From: Owenia fusiformis
Taxonomy: Eukaryota
NCBI GenBank assembly: GCA_903813345.2
Contig: CAIIXF020000001.1
Span: 558,001 to 622,000 of the forward strand
Reading direction: 5' to 3'
DNA length: 64,000 nucleotides
How positions within the stretch are numbered: the stretch's first letter is position 1; the number at the start of each line of letters is the position of its first letter. The notes under the pieces are model-generated. The model was not told the DNA's origin. It searched no databases and saw nothing but the letters and a program-made list of their open reading frames with translations. Shown one piece after another: positions 28,781 through 44,800 of the stretch. A program made the translations under genes and the position numbers.

Positions 28781-29709
28781 GGACATTTTGAACTACGTGT
28801 GCAGGTTTGCCCAAAGCTCTTAACGCCCACTAGGGCATGTGCTGTAACATTGTGACTATCTGATGTTCATAAAACATAGTAGACTGGTAGGATATTGAAT
28901 GATGTACAAATGTCGAAAATATCAGGGACTTAAATTACAAAGATATGAGGCAACTGGCGTAAGGGACTCAGTTTTTACCACCCTGTAGTATACAGTTCTG
29001 TGCAGATCCAATTACAATAGGCAAGTGTAAAATGATTTCGTTGGCATACATACGATAGTAAAATGTAAGCATGTTTTAATTACAATTAGCAATGGAAGAT
29101 ATTGGCCTGATCCGGACTGTCTATGCTTTTAGAAAGGCGAATATTATGAAAAAAGCATCAAAGACACCTTAATTTTTACGTTTGCCTTTGTATTAATAAT
29201 TGAGAGTGAATGACCAGAACGAACTGATGACAACTAAAAGGCTATTAGGCAATGGTTAAAGTCTGTCAAGTAATAGGGCGTAGGTCAATATGTTTGTAAT
29301 AGAATCAGTCAGTTTCTGTCAAGTGAAGCTAACATCATTATCGATACAATTAACTCAAATGAACACATTCAGAATATTAGATAATATAACATAAAATAAG
29401 TTCGCTACCCAGTACATGATTCATAGCAAAGGATGGGAAGATTTATAAGAGCGACTCACACCAAGCAGACATTTCGAGTCATTAGCAAGCTTCTGCAGCC
29501 AACAGCCTTTACAAATTAACAACTTATAAACGCTGTTTCCAACAGGACTTGTACCGTGTACCTGGTGAATATGTCTGCACTACAAAGGCATATTTTTGTA
29601 AATTCTTATGTTATTCAAACAAAAATGTGGTTTCAGGCTACGCGAATACATTACTTGGGGTAAATGAAGCAAGTGCTAACAAACTGGCTGCGTGGCCCAC
29701 AGACATAGA

Positions 29710-29810
29710 ATGAAGTTGCTACAGATCGTTTTGATCATCTTCACTCAGCTGATTTTACTCTTTCACATGAGCAGAGCCAAGTGGAAGAATGGAACTAAAC
29801 CGACTACAAG
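29710..29810 (+). CDS. Gene 1 first coding exon, signal peptide [33 protein letters not shown](R)
   Basis: Acceptor tttcag ends at 29636, in-frame stop upstream of ATG 29710, hydrophobic signal-like N-terminus, donor AG|gtaagt, phase 2 matches next exon. Confidence 0.8.
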
Positions 29811-32800
29811 GTAAGTAACAAACCACAACTACACTCCTCTCAATAAGTTTATCCACCGGAATTCCCATTTTGGATCATTTATCGAACCTTTTTATGTCTT
29901 GTGACTTAAAAAACTCACCATTTGGCAAACATTTTGGTACAAATATAAATTACAGTCAGAAATTAATAAACGAATTTAATAAATTCCATCATCAACAGGC
30001 TCCAATATGCCATCCAATGATGACTTCCAGTTAACAAACTTATGGAGGGGAGTGTACCTCGTATACCAATCGATAGAAAATAAATTCTAAAATTTGCTTT
30101 TGATTGATTGACGTGTATTAAAATAAGTCGGCAAAGAACAAAACAAATATATTTCCCAACTCATATTTATAGACTATGATGTCTTTTAAAATTTGGTTGT
30201 TTTTTATTCAGATCAGTATTTTACATTTCACTTTAGTTTGTCTATTTGATAGTATCTGATAACCTGGCAATATGATCACTAAATATTATTTTCTTTCGTT
30301 GCTTCTTTCTGTTTCGCAAAGTATTATGTTAACCCCCTAATACAACAAAAATGATTTCAATCAACTATTTCCCAATGAAAGACTTTCACCAGATTCCGTT
30401 CATTAAGATACTGCATATTGTTTATTCAATATATTAACTTCTATTTTGTTTTATGGATCGAATAACATTAGGACACACTGACTTCTGAATTACAATACAA
30501 GTCAATATTTTTCATAATATAGCTGACTGTTTACCTATTGATCAATGTCCGAATTCCGAAACTGCAGCAAATTTTATTTGAGTCTAAAAACGTAACTCCG
30601 CAGCTGACTGTGTGTCGATTTAGAAATGTTACATTGCCACAAAAGTGTTTCTCACACAAACAATTTTGAAATATAGTTGAAGAAACTTTAGAGATAGAGC
30701 ATCAACAAACCTATATTGGCAGGAAGATAAATGTAAAACCGAATACTTCCTGACGTGAATAAAGATAAATTGATTTCAGAAAGTCAGTTTTGTCGGCTAT
30801 GTCATATCATAACCCTGGTCATATCGACCCCAATTAATCGTTCAAATTGATTTGTATCCGTGGTTTAGATTTTAATGATATATCTACGCTTGTTTGGTTT
30901 ATGGACACAATTATTCAATACCGTTGCATCATTTGTATATGAATACATGCATGTACATTTGAACTTCCCTATTTGTCTGCTAGCATTTGTTTACCAGAGT
31001 ATACACAAATCATTAGATAATGTGCGAACATCATCGAAAACCAATACTTCACCGCGTATATGTCTGGCTTCTTAAAATGTAACAATTTATAATGTGTTTA
31101 ATTACCGATGGTTTCTTTGCGTGTTGATAGGTCTGAGTTAATGCAACAGCTTTTAGATGGCTATGATAAATGGGAACCTCCAAGTGACGGTAACCTACAA
31201 TGTTGTAAAATTTGTAAATGTTGTTAAACACTAAGCGTGTTGTAACTTAGATGTTCAGGGGAGCCAAAAAGGTAACTCAAACAAATGTAAATAACTCATC
31301 ATCCAGCATAAGTTTAAAATCATATTTAGCACAATTTGCAAGAGAGAAACAAACGGTTTCAACAAATCGATCAAATTACAGAATATAGTATGCACACTCA
31401 TGAAATAGAAAGTGTAGATGTGTGCGATTCATTTTTCGCACTAAAATAGTCATCTTTCTGAGAGTGGGGTTCGTTCCCGGTCTTTGGTGTGTTGCTCTTT
31501 CCGAAGAGAGGTTGCTACCGGCCGGGTGTTTGATTTATAAAGAAAGGGGTGTTCAAGGCGAGTTTACATGAGGCCGACAAACCCCTTATTACTATACACA
31601 TGCATCTTGAGTTGTAAATGTAGACAATCTTTGATCGAAATTGCTCCAAAGATAAAAGTTTGGGGATTGATATCGGGTGATTTTGTCGCATTTGTAGCAT
31701 GTTTTTTAAAATGGCCATAAAATCGTGCCCATAAAAATTAGACAAATCAAACTCAGTGGAATGACAGAACATTGAACAAGGTTTAATTGTGCCAAACATT
31801 TGATTAGGTTACCATTTTGGCTCACCCTGTATATATGAATGTTGTAGAACGATAACTATTGTACTTTTTGCTAAATTTGCGACCGATTTTTATTGCAAAA
31901 TAGACACATAAAGATATCTCTTGAAAAAACTGATAAAATCGTTGGATAAGTAATAGAGTGGATTGGTTGAAATAATGTGATATTTTCACAATTTTTCTTT
32001 GTTGTTGAAATAAATTAAATGATGTGGTTTAAAACTCAAAGTGAAGTAAACGACTATCAAACATTTTTGCTTCGATTGTAAAGATGGCGATACCCTTAGC
32101 ATTCGTTCGACTTCACTTCTTGGTAGATAACTAGACTCTGCACTCTTAAAAATGAATTACTTGAGTATTTCCCAAGTATAAAAATTACTTTAAGTTAAAT
32201 ACTTAGTTTTACTTCATTTTACTTAGGTTTAACTTATATTGTCATTTTGAGTTTTTTAATTGCTTAATTATGTAAATGAGTATTACAATTACTACAGTAA
32301 GTATTTCAATTTTTCTCCTTGCATTAGTAAATTCACCATAAATGAATTACTTAAAAATTACTTAAAAATTATTCAGTAGTTCAAGATTATTTAAGTAATT
32401 TTTGACTTAAAATGAGTAGTACAATTTTTCAATATAAGGAAATCCAAGTAATAATTTTTAAGAGTGTGCGCACGGGGTAAGATGGCGAGTAATTCACAGT
32501 ACTGTAAAATCGAATGCTTTATCTTGAAATAGTAATAACTCGTTGTCAATATTATAACTCATTAGTATCGTGCTGATATTTATATCATCATCGATGGAAT
32601 GATTACTGTCAAGGACGAGGCGATGACATTGACACCTATGTTCTTGGCAGTATCAACAGATGTATCAACCGTTTTGTCTAACATTGAATGTTAGTTACAA
32701 TCCCTGAATGTCATTATCTTAACTCTAAGCCAATATATCACAAGCAACCTTGGCAATAACAATTAATCAGATAGATTTTCCTGATTCACTTGAACAAGCC

Positions 32801-35800
32801 TAATGTCATGTCTGTTGCCTTGATCAAGAAGCTACTTGTTCCTTTAAAATCTCTTATCATTCAACGATGGATGTAATGCAACACGTAACATGATCTGATT
32901 GATGATCTTCCAAGCATGCACGGATTCTGAAATTAGCATTGTTAACGGTAGCATATCTGAATTAATGATTTGTCTAATGAATGTTAACCTAATTTATATT
33001 ATCTCCGTATAACTCCTCGATTCATTCTCTTTAACATCAAGAATCCTCCTGAATAATAATAAAGTACACCATTCGCCAGCAATTGTTAATCCAATGGGCA
33101 ATTGGGCAATTTTTGATCCAACATATTTCTGATTCAATATTTCAGACAGAAAACCATGTATTTTATGTTGTAAAAGATTTTATCATCTTCAAATGATAAA
33201 AGATTCAAAATATTTAGTGGTAAAAAGTTTGACCTGCTTTTTTCGCCATCTATTCATTATTTTGAAATATGACGTATATCTGACCCAACACCACGTGGGA
33301 AACTGTGCAAATGTGTTTATTCGAGGCTCAACACCAGCAATTATTTTTATGTATACCTTAATCATGTCCAAAATGCATACTCGAAGCTGCTCTTCCCAGT
33401 CGTTCAGAAATGTCGAAAAACGGGCTAAATCTGGCTGTGGTCGGAAAATAATAAATATGTCGAAAATAATTATCTACTCCGTTTATATAAATAGTCTTCA
33501 ATACGTCCATCTCATTTGCAGTTCGTTTCAAGGTCGCACTATGTCGGTGTGTACACGTCCTGCAATAAATTGATATCCGATTGCATAGCGTCGTTAACGC
33601 CTCCCAAGTAGGGTCGAAGTACGGCAATTACGTTCGTATTCTAGTAGGTAATCTCGTTTAAAGAACGTTCTCACACGTTTTAATCACGCGAACGGTATGG
33701 TCGCCATCGAATTTTGAAATTATTCAAAATTTTAAATCATCTTCCCGTCCGAGCACGTCTCTGAAGTTCTTAAATAGACCGTAAAAGATGCAGTTACGTT
33801 TCTTCCGTTCGCAAACTGTTTAAAACCAGTTCAGCAACGCAGTAGAAAACAGTTTGGTGTGATCATGGGCTTTCAACTAGCCGTTTTTGAGAACGTAGTG
33901 AGAACTAGTTTGGTGTGATAGTAGGGTTACCCTACTATCACACCTACTATCACACCAAACTAGTTCTCACTACGTTCTCGAAAACGGGCTTCAACTGTGT
34001 ACGAACGGACTGGACCTACTAAGAACCGTTTGGGATCTATTTACAAACCTCATCGAACGTACTCGAACGGGTAGGTCCTCTAGAACTTAGATAATGCTCA
34101 AAATGTTCTCGTGGTCGTCACGTTCTAAATTTATAACGAGTGACAACGTACTTACGACGAGCTGGACGTACTACGAACGCGACCGTCGTACTTCAATCCT
34201 ACTAAGGACGTTTTAACAACGAGTTGAACTGTCTGAGGACGTGTTGAGAACGAGGTAGAACTAAATGCAAACGGATTTAACTGATTAAGAACGTATTTAA
34301 CACTGCTTATGAACGAGTTAGCAAAAATATAGCTATCACACCAAACAAGTTGCCTCTGCGTTCTTCAAAACTGGTTTTAAACTGTGTGCGAACGGAATGA
34401 ACGTAGCTGCAACTTTCTAAGGTCTATTTACGAACTTTATGAACGTTCTCAGACGGGAATGTGATTTTAGAATTTTGAATCGATTCAAAATTCGATTGCG
34501 AGCATACCGTTCTGTTATCAGGTCATGGTGACCTTCTAGACTAAGGGACGCGTTCTACGACGTTGCACACCGACGTGGTGCGACCTGAACGAACTGCGAA
34601 CGAGATGGACGTATTGAAGACTGTTTAAGAACGAAGAAGCTAATTATTTCAGACATATTTCCCGACCACAGCCAGATTGAGCCCGTTTTACGACGTTTTC
34701 GTAGGACTGGCAAGAACGGTTAAGAACTAGTTTGGTGTGATAGGGGGGTTACAAACTAAAATTCATTTAATGGAAATCAACAACCTGACATTATATTTTC
34801 AATTCACTGGCAAAATTAATATGGATTAATTCTTGTTCTCTATCCCAGATAGATCCAACGTAAGGTGTAATTAATATATTAAATTACAACTTCATCGGGG
34901 AAAATAGTTCATGACGACATACATGTGTTGGTGTTTCTTAAATTACAATGTATCGGAATTCGTGAATTTTTTTAAACGTTTTAAAATCCACTACCACGAT
35001 GAATAGAAAAAATCGATTGTTCCACTGTTTACACATTGCAAATCAATTTAATCACCGCCCACTTGTGTTATTCGATATTATTTCCTAATTAAACAGTCTT
35101 CACCACAAACCACACAACATAATATCACATATATTATAGGATTAAATTCGAGCCAGCAGCCCGCGTTTATTGGAATAGCATTAAGTACATCTGATACAAA
35201 AAATGAGTGAAAAAAAGAAAAAATGTAGCCAGGCCGCGATGCATCCAGGTACCTATGACGACCACGATGCCAATGTCATAGCGGCCACGATGCCGATGGC
35301 ATTAATGCCAGAAACCTCTTAGGTTCAAATATACCCAACATCCGTCCTCGGCTCCCAACCTCGCTGCTGATTTACGATGTTTAACTGCCTTCAAGGCATC
35401 AATAAGGCACCGTGTGCCTAATTAAAACATCTAAATCCAACAACCCATCCATATCTAATGATCAACTGTCATTAAAACCATTGTGGCTACACGTTTGTTA
35501 ACACGTCCAAGATCTCAAATTAATTCACAAATTTCGGAATAAACCAATTCTAAATTGTGACTATCTGTCAACTTGCAACATAAAAACTTGTATAAGGACC
35601 ATACCTGTATATAATGCCTTCTAGCACTATGCAAAATCTGTGAGTAACATGCCTCACTATCTAATACAGTAATCACGCACTGTCATTAATACATAACAAT
35701 AATCTAAATCACTGTCTACAGACTTGCAGACTAACCATAACATTGCCTTTTGGCAAAACACGTAACTCAGAAAGTTAATGAAACTTCCTTCCTTAATAAA

Positions 35801-38800
35801 CTGTCGTAATATGCGACATTGTTGGTCACAAAATACAAAAATTCCGTGATTATCACAAGAATACACGACCGGACTACAAAAATCATACGATCTTCTAAAA
35901 CTATTGTGATGAACAATATAATATCTGGAAAGCACCATGCTTTGCAAACCTTAATACAAACTTATCTCGTATTGCAACAAAAGCAAAAGAACAATTCTTC
36001 GAAACGTTGTAAATCTAACTATCTGTTTAATATAAAATGCAATTAGTTGACAAGCACTATTCTTAATGTGTTTGTCACACTGATATAACACAACTACTGT
36101 AAATGTTGTAAAGAAACACAACTATCAACTAAATTACCAAAATTGATGCCCTTCTGGAAATAGATATTACATATCTAAAAATATGAAGGACTTTCGGATA
36201 TAATCAATATCTTTAAAAGCAAAACTATGTGCCTTCCTTGAAACAATATGACAGAAACGCACTTAAATACATATTTATTCACTTAGATTCAATGCGCTGT
36301 CAGTAAAAAGCCATGCCTCGAGTTTCAGATTTATATGCACATTACATAATTGCTTCTTAGAAACCTAATATCTAAATGTTTTAATTAACTTAATTAACAT
36401 CCTATGCTATGCAATGCTTTGTAATAATTGCAGAAAATATACTTCCCAAAATAGTAATTATTGGGAACAGGTTACATCAACGTCAGAACACGTATACTTC
36501 ATTCAAAAACGTTGATTTGGTCAATAGCACTAAAGAAAATGTTCGTTGACTTCAATATGAAAAACTTTAGTTTATCGACCTGACACCGTTAAAACCCAGA
36601 TCAAAATCTTTGTGACCTTCGAAAGGGAAAAAGGTATGCCTCCTCGAACAATAAAACTAAATTTTCGAATCGGTTGTATGACAACTTACAACATTAACTA
36701 AAACTGTGTATAAACGCTTCGGTTGCTACTCGCAGAATAACACGATCCCATCGTGCATCCACTCACATAACCTACTCATGATCACATCATGTTATCCAAT
36801 CAGTTGAAATCGCGTTCGATTTCACTAACGCTAAGACGTTATATCAACCGGAAATAAAATAATTCAACTCTAATTTCAAACGTGTTGAATTTTAATTCTT
36901 CACGTACACATAGCAATGAAACACGGATTTGTAAAACCGATGTTCTTTTTGGTTAACGTTTTAACATTGTATTTTTGTAGATGGCTTAAATGTTCTTAAA
37001 ATTTTGTTTATTATGTGCATGTAGTAACTCATTCAATAAAATGTAAATGTTGTAAGTCGTCTGAATATTGTAAATAGTAAAAATAGCTTATATAAATATT
37101 GTAAATATATTTTGGCAGGGCTGAATTGATGGTGCAACTGTTGAGAAAGTATGAGAAGGGCAATGCACCAAGAAAAGGTAGTTGTCATTTTGTTTCAGAA
37201 CAGCAAGGATTACTCATTTTGAGGTGTCATAACTTTACAGGGTTATTTTCATAACTCTATTGTATAGTAATTAGCAAAATCTAAATGTAGCTAATTGGCA
37301 AGTAGCATACTTAACTAAGCTTGCATTCGCGAATGCAACTTTCGGCTGTCGGATATAGGATTAACCTTCGATTTAACAAAAGTTGCATTTACTAATACAA
37401 GCTTAGATTTAAAGGATAGGTATAAAGTGTATATATTCTTTAATGTTGTTCATTGAATCAAAACGAAATATACACTACCCTCCAAAAGTTTGGCAACCTT
37501 AGCTCCCTCATTGAACTACGTGTTCAAGCCTCTTTTTGTTTGAATTTTTATTTAAATAACTTGTGAGGAAAATACTATCGATTGAAATGTAACTTGACTT
37601 CATTTTCAATGCCTCCAAATTTTCCCAATTTTTCCTCAATTACAATAGGTCGAAAATTGATAATTTTTGAACATCGTTATTCCCATGTAAACCAATGGGA
37701 AATCGGGGTGGGTTCGGGGAAAATCTGATTTCAGGTATCTATCCAGTAAAAGATTCACCAAAATCTTAGGTAAGTAATAAGGAAAGCAAATTGACTACCC
37801 AACTTGTATTTTTGCAAGAACTAGCTATGGGATGGATGGATCTTCTATCATATGATCGACTTGAGCCAAACCTACTTTTTCCCATTTGTTTACATGGGAA
37901 TTTCAAATTTTAAAAACTCATCATATTTATCATCAATTTTCGACCTATTGTAATTGAGGAAAAAATTGGGAAAACTTAAAGGCATTGGAAATGAAGTCAA
38001 GTTACATTTCCACCAACATTATTATAAGTATTCACAGGTTATGTAAATAAAAATTCAAACATAAAGAGGCTTTAACAAGCAGTTCAATGAGAGGGCTATT
38101 GGAGGGGGTGTACAATAAAAAATAGAAATGTACTTACTTATTTATATTAAAGGAGCTAAAATCGTAAATTCATGAAATTAAAACGTAATGTTTATTCTTC
38201 AAGAAGCATTTATATATTTCAAAAGAACATACACACTTTGTTTTATAGGACCAACAGACGTGAAGCTCGGAATCTACATTAACAGTTTCTACTCCATTAG
38301 CGAACAAACTATGGTAAAGTAATTTAATCATTAAACATTGTCTACTACGGTTACGTAATTACATATTTGTAAATTGTGTAAAACTAACGTTATTGGTGAT
38401 TAAACATTATTGCTGGATATTGTATGCCCGCGGTGCAAGTGGATTGCGTAAAAATAGCTTATCCAAGCGCACCTACACTCACACAATTCTTTCGAAAGTT
38501 GTCACTGCTTATTGCAATGTAACTTCTGCAATGCTCTAGCAACGAGTAGACGCGGTTGACACATGCAAGCAGCCGATAAGGTTGCCACAGCGTAATTAGC
38601 GGTTTAAGTGCGCTTGAGTGAACTGCCTTTGTTGAAAACGTCTGACCATGTAAATTTGCAACGCACGCGCTCATCGTTCTGTTTTATGATACCTTGGGCC
38701 ATGGGGATAACTGATTGAATATTATGCAACATACTTGCGCCGCGGGCAGTTTAAAAACGCAGTCCATGTACAATGAAGGTATAGTCGTTATACTATTAAG

Positions 38801-41800
38801 CATTATGTACAACTATAGTAAAGCGTTAAATGACTCCTAGTATCGTAAATTCTTTGACATTATAATTTATTAGATTATTAAACATTATGTTACAGCATGG
38901 GCTTTCAAGAGAAAGTAGACTAAAGGGTTAATCCATGTGGTTAGTGTGTATACATATAGTAACGCATTACCATATCAGCATATCAAACATATTGAATTGA
39001 GTAATATATTCTGACTTAAAAATACAATGCTTCCCATGACAGCACTTGTGAGTGTCTCGAATAAGAAATCCCAGTAGCCCAACGGTTGATGGTACCCAGT
39101 AATGTTGAAAAGTACTTAAATGGTGTTACCAAGTTAAATTGGGTTTATACATGTTTTCGTTTATAATTATAACTTTATTTTATTGCTATCTTATCCAGGA
39201 TTATTCCATTAATATATACCTGCGACAAAGCTGGAACGATCCAAGATTGCAATTTGAACCATTCAACGGCAAAGATAAACACATGATTAAAATGGAAGAT
39301 GGTACTTGGGATTTGATTTGGACTCCTGATGTGTTCTTCCGGTAAATATAGCCAAATAGACAGCATTGATATTGTAGTCTTGCAATGCTTTTCAGGGCTC
39401 TAACTAGGGTTCCATCACATATTTATCCGGGTATTGAAGAGATTCGTAAAACATTTCAATTTTACTTCCATTGGAGATCAAGAAAGCTTGTATGTGCAAT
39501 TTAAGAATAGAAATAGTATTGTAATGTCCTCAAAAATTACAATTGGAATCCGAAATTTGTTGTTTTCATGAATTACCTTTTATGTCACTTGTAAACGTCA
39601 CCTTTCAGCAATGAGAAGAAAGCAGAGTTCCACTATGTCACGATTCCAAACCGTCTTCTAAGACTTACTGACAATGGCGACATTTGGTATGCTTCCAAGT
39701 ACGTAATGAATAACATTATCATCAGCTTATTGAATTATATTATATTGATACTTTATGTTTGATCATCTTCATATTACAGATTAATAAAATGATATAATAA
39801 CATTATATAATAGCATCACTGCCTCTTGAAAAGTTACATTAAGAAAACAATTGGAATTTTCACAGTTTGGAAATTATCCTATGTATGTAAAACTATTTCC
39901 CTTAAAGTTCATAAATATCACTTTTGACCTTTTAGAATTACTGCAACACTGTCGTGTCCGATGGATTTACACAAATATCCTCTTGATGAACAGCGTTGCC
40001 CGATGATGTTCGAAAGTTGTACGTATAGAATTATTCTTTTATTTTCAACCACGAAGATATATCTCAGTCAATATTTTCTGATATGCTTACTCCTCGATTT
40101 ATTGTTATTAAACGCATTCTTGTTAATGTTTTTATAAGTTTTGTTTTGAATAATTATCCTGAGTATGTTTTAGTGACTTGTTAAGACTAATTTATTATAT
40201 TATATAGTTTGTACACAAATAAAGTATAAGATGAGCGATGGTAAACTCTGATACGAATTCGAATTACTAAACTTATAATAACATGGGTTAAGTTTTTCGG
40301 ACCCCTTAGTGAACGCAGTGGTATGGTCTTTACATTCTCACGGTGTCACAAGGTCTGATAAGCATTACTTTGCTAATCTTTATGTCAAATTATGTATAAG
40401 CCTGAATGTTTTAGAAATGGAGCCAGCCTGCCTTTTAATCGCTTCATCGAGGATTCACCTGTCAGCTCGAAGAATTTTCAGATCAAATACACATTTCTCT
40501 CTCCATTTGAGTTACCAATTTTCGATATATATTTATATGCATTGGGTAATCATACATTAATTCGACACCCACTTCAATATGACCATAAAACTAAGTATAC
40601 TTAATATCATTACATTAATGATTCTTATTCATTTGCAGTCGGCAATACCATGGATACCATGATTTACAAATGGCTTCCAGAGCCTGTGGTGCATGAAAAA
40701 AACCTCAATTTACCACAATATGTCTTACAAAAACATGTCTTAATAGATTGTTCACAAAATTATACAACAGGTAGAATGTATTTCAGCTTGCATGTTGACC
40801 CTTCGTATATGTGTATTGTCCACAACATTATACTCGTATATGTGTAGTGTCCACAACATTATACTCGTATATGTGTAGTGTCCACAACATTATACTCGTA
40901 TATGTGTAGTGTCCACAACATTATACTCGTATATGTGTAGTGTCCACAACATTATACTCGTATATGTGTAGTGTCCACAACATTATACTCGTATATGTGT
41001 AGTGTCCACAACATTATACTCGTATATGTGTTGTGTCCACAACATTATACTCGTATATGTGAAGTGTCCACAACATTATACTCGTATATGTGTAGTGTCC
41101 ACAACATTATACTCGTATATGTGTAGTGTCCACAACATTATACTCGTACACTCCCCTCCATAAGTTTGGCAACCTTTTTTCCCCCATTGAACTACGTGTT
41201 AAAGCCTCTTTACCTTTGAATTTTTATTTACTTAACCTGCGATGAAAATACTTATACTATTGATGGAAACTTAATTTGACTTTAATTCCAATACCTCCAA
41301 ATTTTCTCAATTTTTTTCCTCAATTACAATAGGTCGAAAATTGATGATGAATTTGATGAATTTTTGAAAATCGACATTCCCATGTAATCCAATGGGAAAT
41401 AGTAGGTTTGCCGCAAGTCATATGACAGAATATCCATCTATCCGAATCCTTGCAAAAAATACAATTTAGGCAGGTAATTGAATTTGCTAACTTTATTTAA
41501 CAAAAAATTGATATGTTCCTTCAGGTTCAACAAAGTTATAGGGCTTTAAAGTCAAAATTGTTTTTCAAAAAACCTCTCCCATTGAAATAACACAGGAGGC
41601 GAAAAATTATTTTCAAAAATGACTTTGAAGCGCTGTAACTTTAATATTCATCAAATAAACTAAACACTTAGTGTTCAAAAAGGTTAGACAATTCAATTTT
41701 CTATATACAAATATTTTTTGCTGAATCTTTTACTGAAAAGATATCCTGATTTCTGATTTGCCCCGAACCCTCAATTTCCCATTGGATTACATGGGAATGA

Positions 41801-44800
41801 CGATTTTCAAAAATTCATCAAATCTATCATCAATTTTCGACCTATTGTAATTGAGGAAAAAAATTGAGAAAATTTGGAGCTATTGGAAATAAAGTCAAGT
41901 TACGTTTCCATCAATATTATACGTTAATATATCGCCGGTTAAGTAAATAAAAATTCAAACGTAAAGAGGCTTTAACACGTAGTTCAATGGAGAAAAAAGG
42001 TTGCCAAACTTATGGAGGGTAGTGTATATGTGTAGTGTCCAACATTATACTCGTATATGTGTAGTGTCTACAACATTATACTCGTATATGTGTAGTGTCC
42101 ACAACATTATACTCGTATATGTGTAGTGTCCACAACATTATACTCGTATATGTGTAGTGTCCACAACATTATACTCGTATATGTGTAATGTCCACAACAT
42201 TATACCTTGAGTGGGTCACCATTCCGTATTAGTCGATACAATTGACCATTTAATGACAAATAGTGACTTTATCCTACGGAAACGAAGATGATGTTTCACA
42301 GACGGTTAGTAGTGATACTGTATTGCCCATGCTCTGGGTAAATAATTGTAATTTCCAGAGACAACAATTACATATCTGTGGATAGAAGAATGAAAGAACC
42401 TTAGGGTCCCAACCCCCTTCTTTTACTTTGCAAAAACGTTAAGAATGAGAAAAGTTATGAAACTCCAATAATCGAAACTAATGTCACTTGTTGGGACGGT
42501 ACTACACGAGCTGGGTAGGCCGGTGACCTTCGTTATATCTCTAAATGAACTATTTCAACAGTTTAAAAGATTCGATGCAAATTCACATGTTAATACGGAA
42601 TGTGTCAATAAAACTTGAACTCACCGGGTTGTTGGGACCCTAAGGCTTTTTCATTCTCACATCCATATATATGTCTTTGTTGGCTATATATAGTACAATC
42701 AATTTCCTAGAGCGTGTGCTAAACAGTATCGCCATCAGGTCCTCTTTTGAAAGACAATCTGCGTTTCTGAAGAATAAGATCAATTTTATTCCGTATTAAT
42801 GTACAAATAAACAAATCGAATGGAATGTTGACCCACACTAGATGATTTGCAATGTCGTAGATTCTACCCTCTATGTTCAACCACAAACAACAAACGTTTG
42901 TTCACTACGCTATTCTTTTTCACGCGTTTTACATTCAGTGGTCAAGTTTAAAATACGAACACTAGTCATTCGCAAATACAACTGCCGGTTCCAGATTCAC
43001 CAATTATTTTGGAAAATTAAACATGTCATTTTGAAGTTAAAATAACGGACAGCCCTATAGCTATCTGACAGTGATTATATGACTTTTTATTATGCCAATG
43101 TAAACATCGATTATGATAAATAAAGCCGCTCGGTTGAACTAGCGAACAGATCTTAAGTCACTGTTACAAACTTAAGTCAGTGTTCGTAGCTGCTTAGATA
43201 GGCAGATTAATCCGTCATCCAGGTCAGTGATAGTGTTTGACTCAATATCTTGTAGCTACTGGTATGTATTGCAGGTACCATTCGTTTATTCACCCGGCAG
43301 CCGGCAGTTGAACTCCTGAATGCTACCAGAGTTGGTAGATTCAACGTGATGTACACATGTATAGCTCAACAATAAAAAACAAGAAGAGGATTGAATGATG
43401 CTGAATATGACCGGACGTGTCAGATTTGACCATTCAATATTAAGTTCGCTAGAAGTTCGCGACGAAAGACAATGAGCCAATTTGCTTGAGTTTACAAATG
43501 AATATAGCCACGTGGTTACATTTAACAAATTGTTTGTTGGAAGACAGAGACAAGGGTCGTTGGGTAAAGAATTTGACTTTCAAACCACCTAACCTTTATT
43601 GCATGTCGAGTGATCGTTGCTAGAAGGCGCACGTATGTCACCATGTTTAATTTAGAATATTAGATTTAGAGGTCGCTTTCATTATTTAATGTTGACCGTG
43701 TTGTTTAGTTCACACCAAGGGTGCATTGCAAGGTCGCTTTAATTGTTAAATGTTGACCGTGTTGTTTAGTTCATACCAAGGGTGCATTGCAAGAATGCGT
43801 TAAGTTAGCTTCTAGTAATGCGCCTCTGGTACATGTCGTTGTATGAGAATAATAATGTCCGAAATGTCATTTTTGAAAAAATGAGATTTTCACAGATTTC
43901 CACTATTTAAATCATCCTCTTTCTTCTGCGATATCCCCTTATCTCCATCTCTTCTTAATATCCTGCTTTTCAGTGTCAAATTGTCCTCCATAAAGATTTC
44001 AAATATACATTTTTACTTTGTTCTATGTACCATTTTAACCAATCAAATTGTTTGAATTACACCATGTGCCTAGGAATTATTAAATTACAATTTTAAACTG
44101 AAATTTGAATTTATTTTTGAAAAAAATGAATACTGAAATTTGTTTAAGAAAATCTTAAAACTCATGAATGTTTTAGTGAATTTACACAAAATGATAAAAT
44201 CAATATACAAAATGACAGATAGATAGTATTGAAGTTACAAACGCCTAAACTTTTAAAAATTGATTTCCCAGCTTCATAAAAATGTGAGTTGGGACATTTT
44301 TATTCTCATACGGCGATGTTTCTGGATTTCGTCCGTTAAATAGATCACAGTACAAAGTTACAGTTGTTGCCTTATCAATATAAACTTTACGGACTATTTA
44401 ATCCACCATAAATACAAGACGTGGTATTTGGGTTCCCCGAATGGTATATTCGTGTCAATTTAGGAAACATGCAAACTAAAGCTTTGTGTGACATCAGTAT
44501 CATACATGTCACATACCATGGACCAAGACACGATACAGTTTTCTCATACGAAGGTCGAAATCACTTGTTCGTTGTTCTTGCACTGTTGCAAAATTACGTC
44601 ATATTGTTATCTCCCATAGCTTTACCCATATACAAGCTATTGTTGCTATATACTTAAGATCGCTTTTAATCAAGGAGCTCTCAGTTCTAATAAAAACTTA
44701 TTTTCATTTTAGGATTGTGGTGGTCGACCATAAAATGATTATATTTGAAAGGTGTATAACATATAGCGTTCGGGTTAAACATTCTTTTGAATTCATTATA

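Noticed and set aside
40804-42205. CRISPR-like appearance of 31-bp and 40-bp (54700-55485) repeats
   Set aside because: Head-to-tail units without unique spacers, no cas genes, eukaryotic context.
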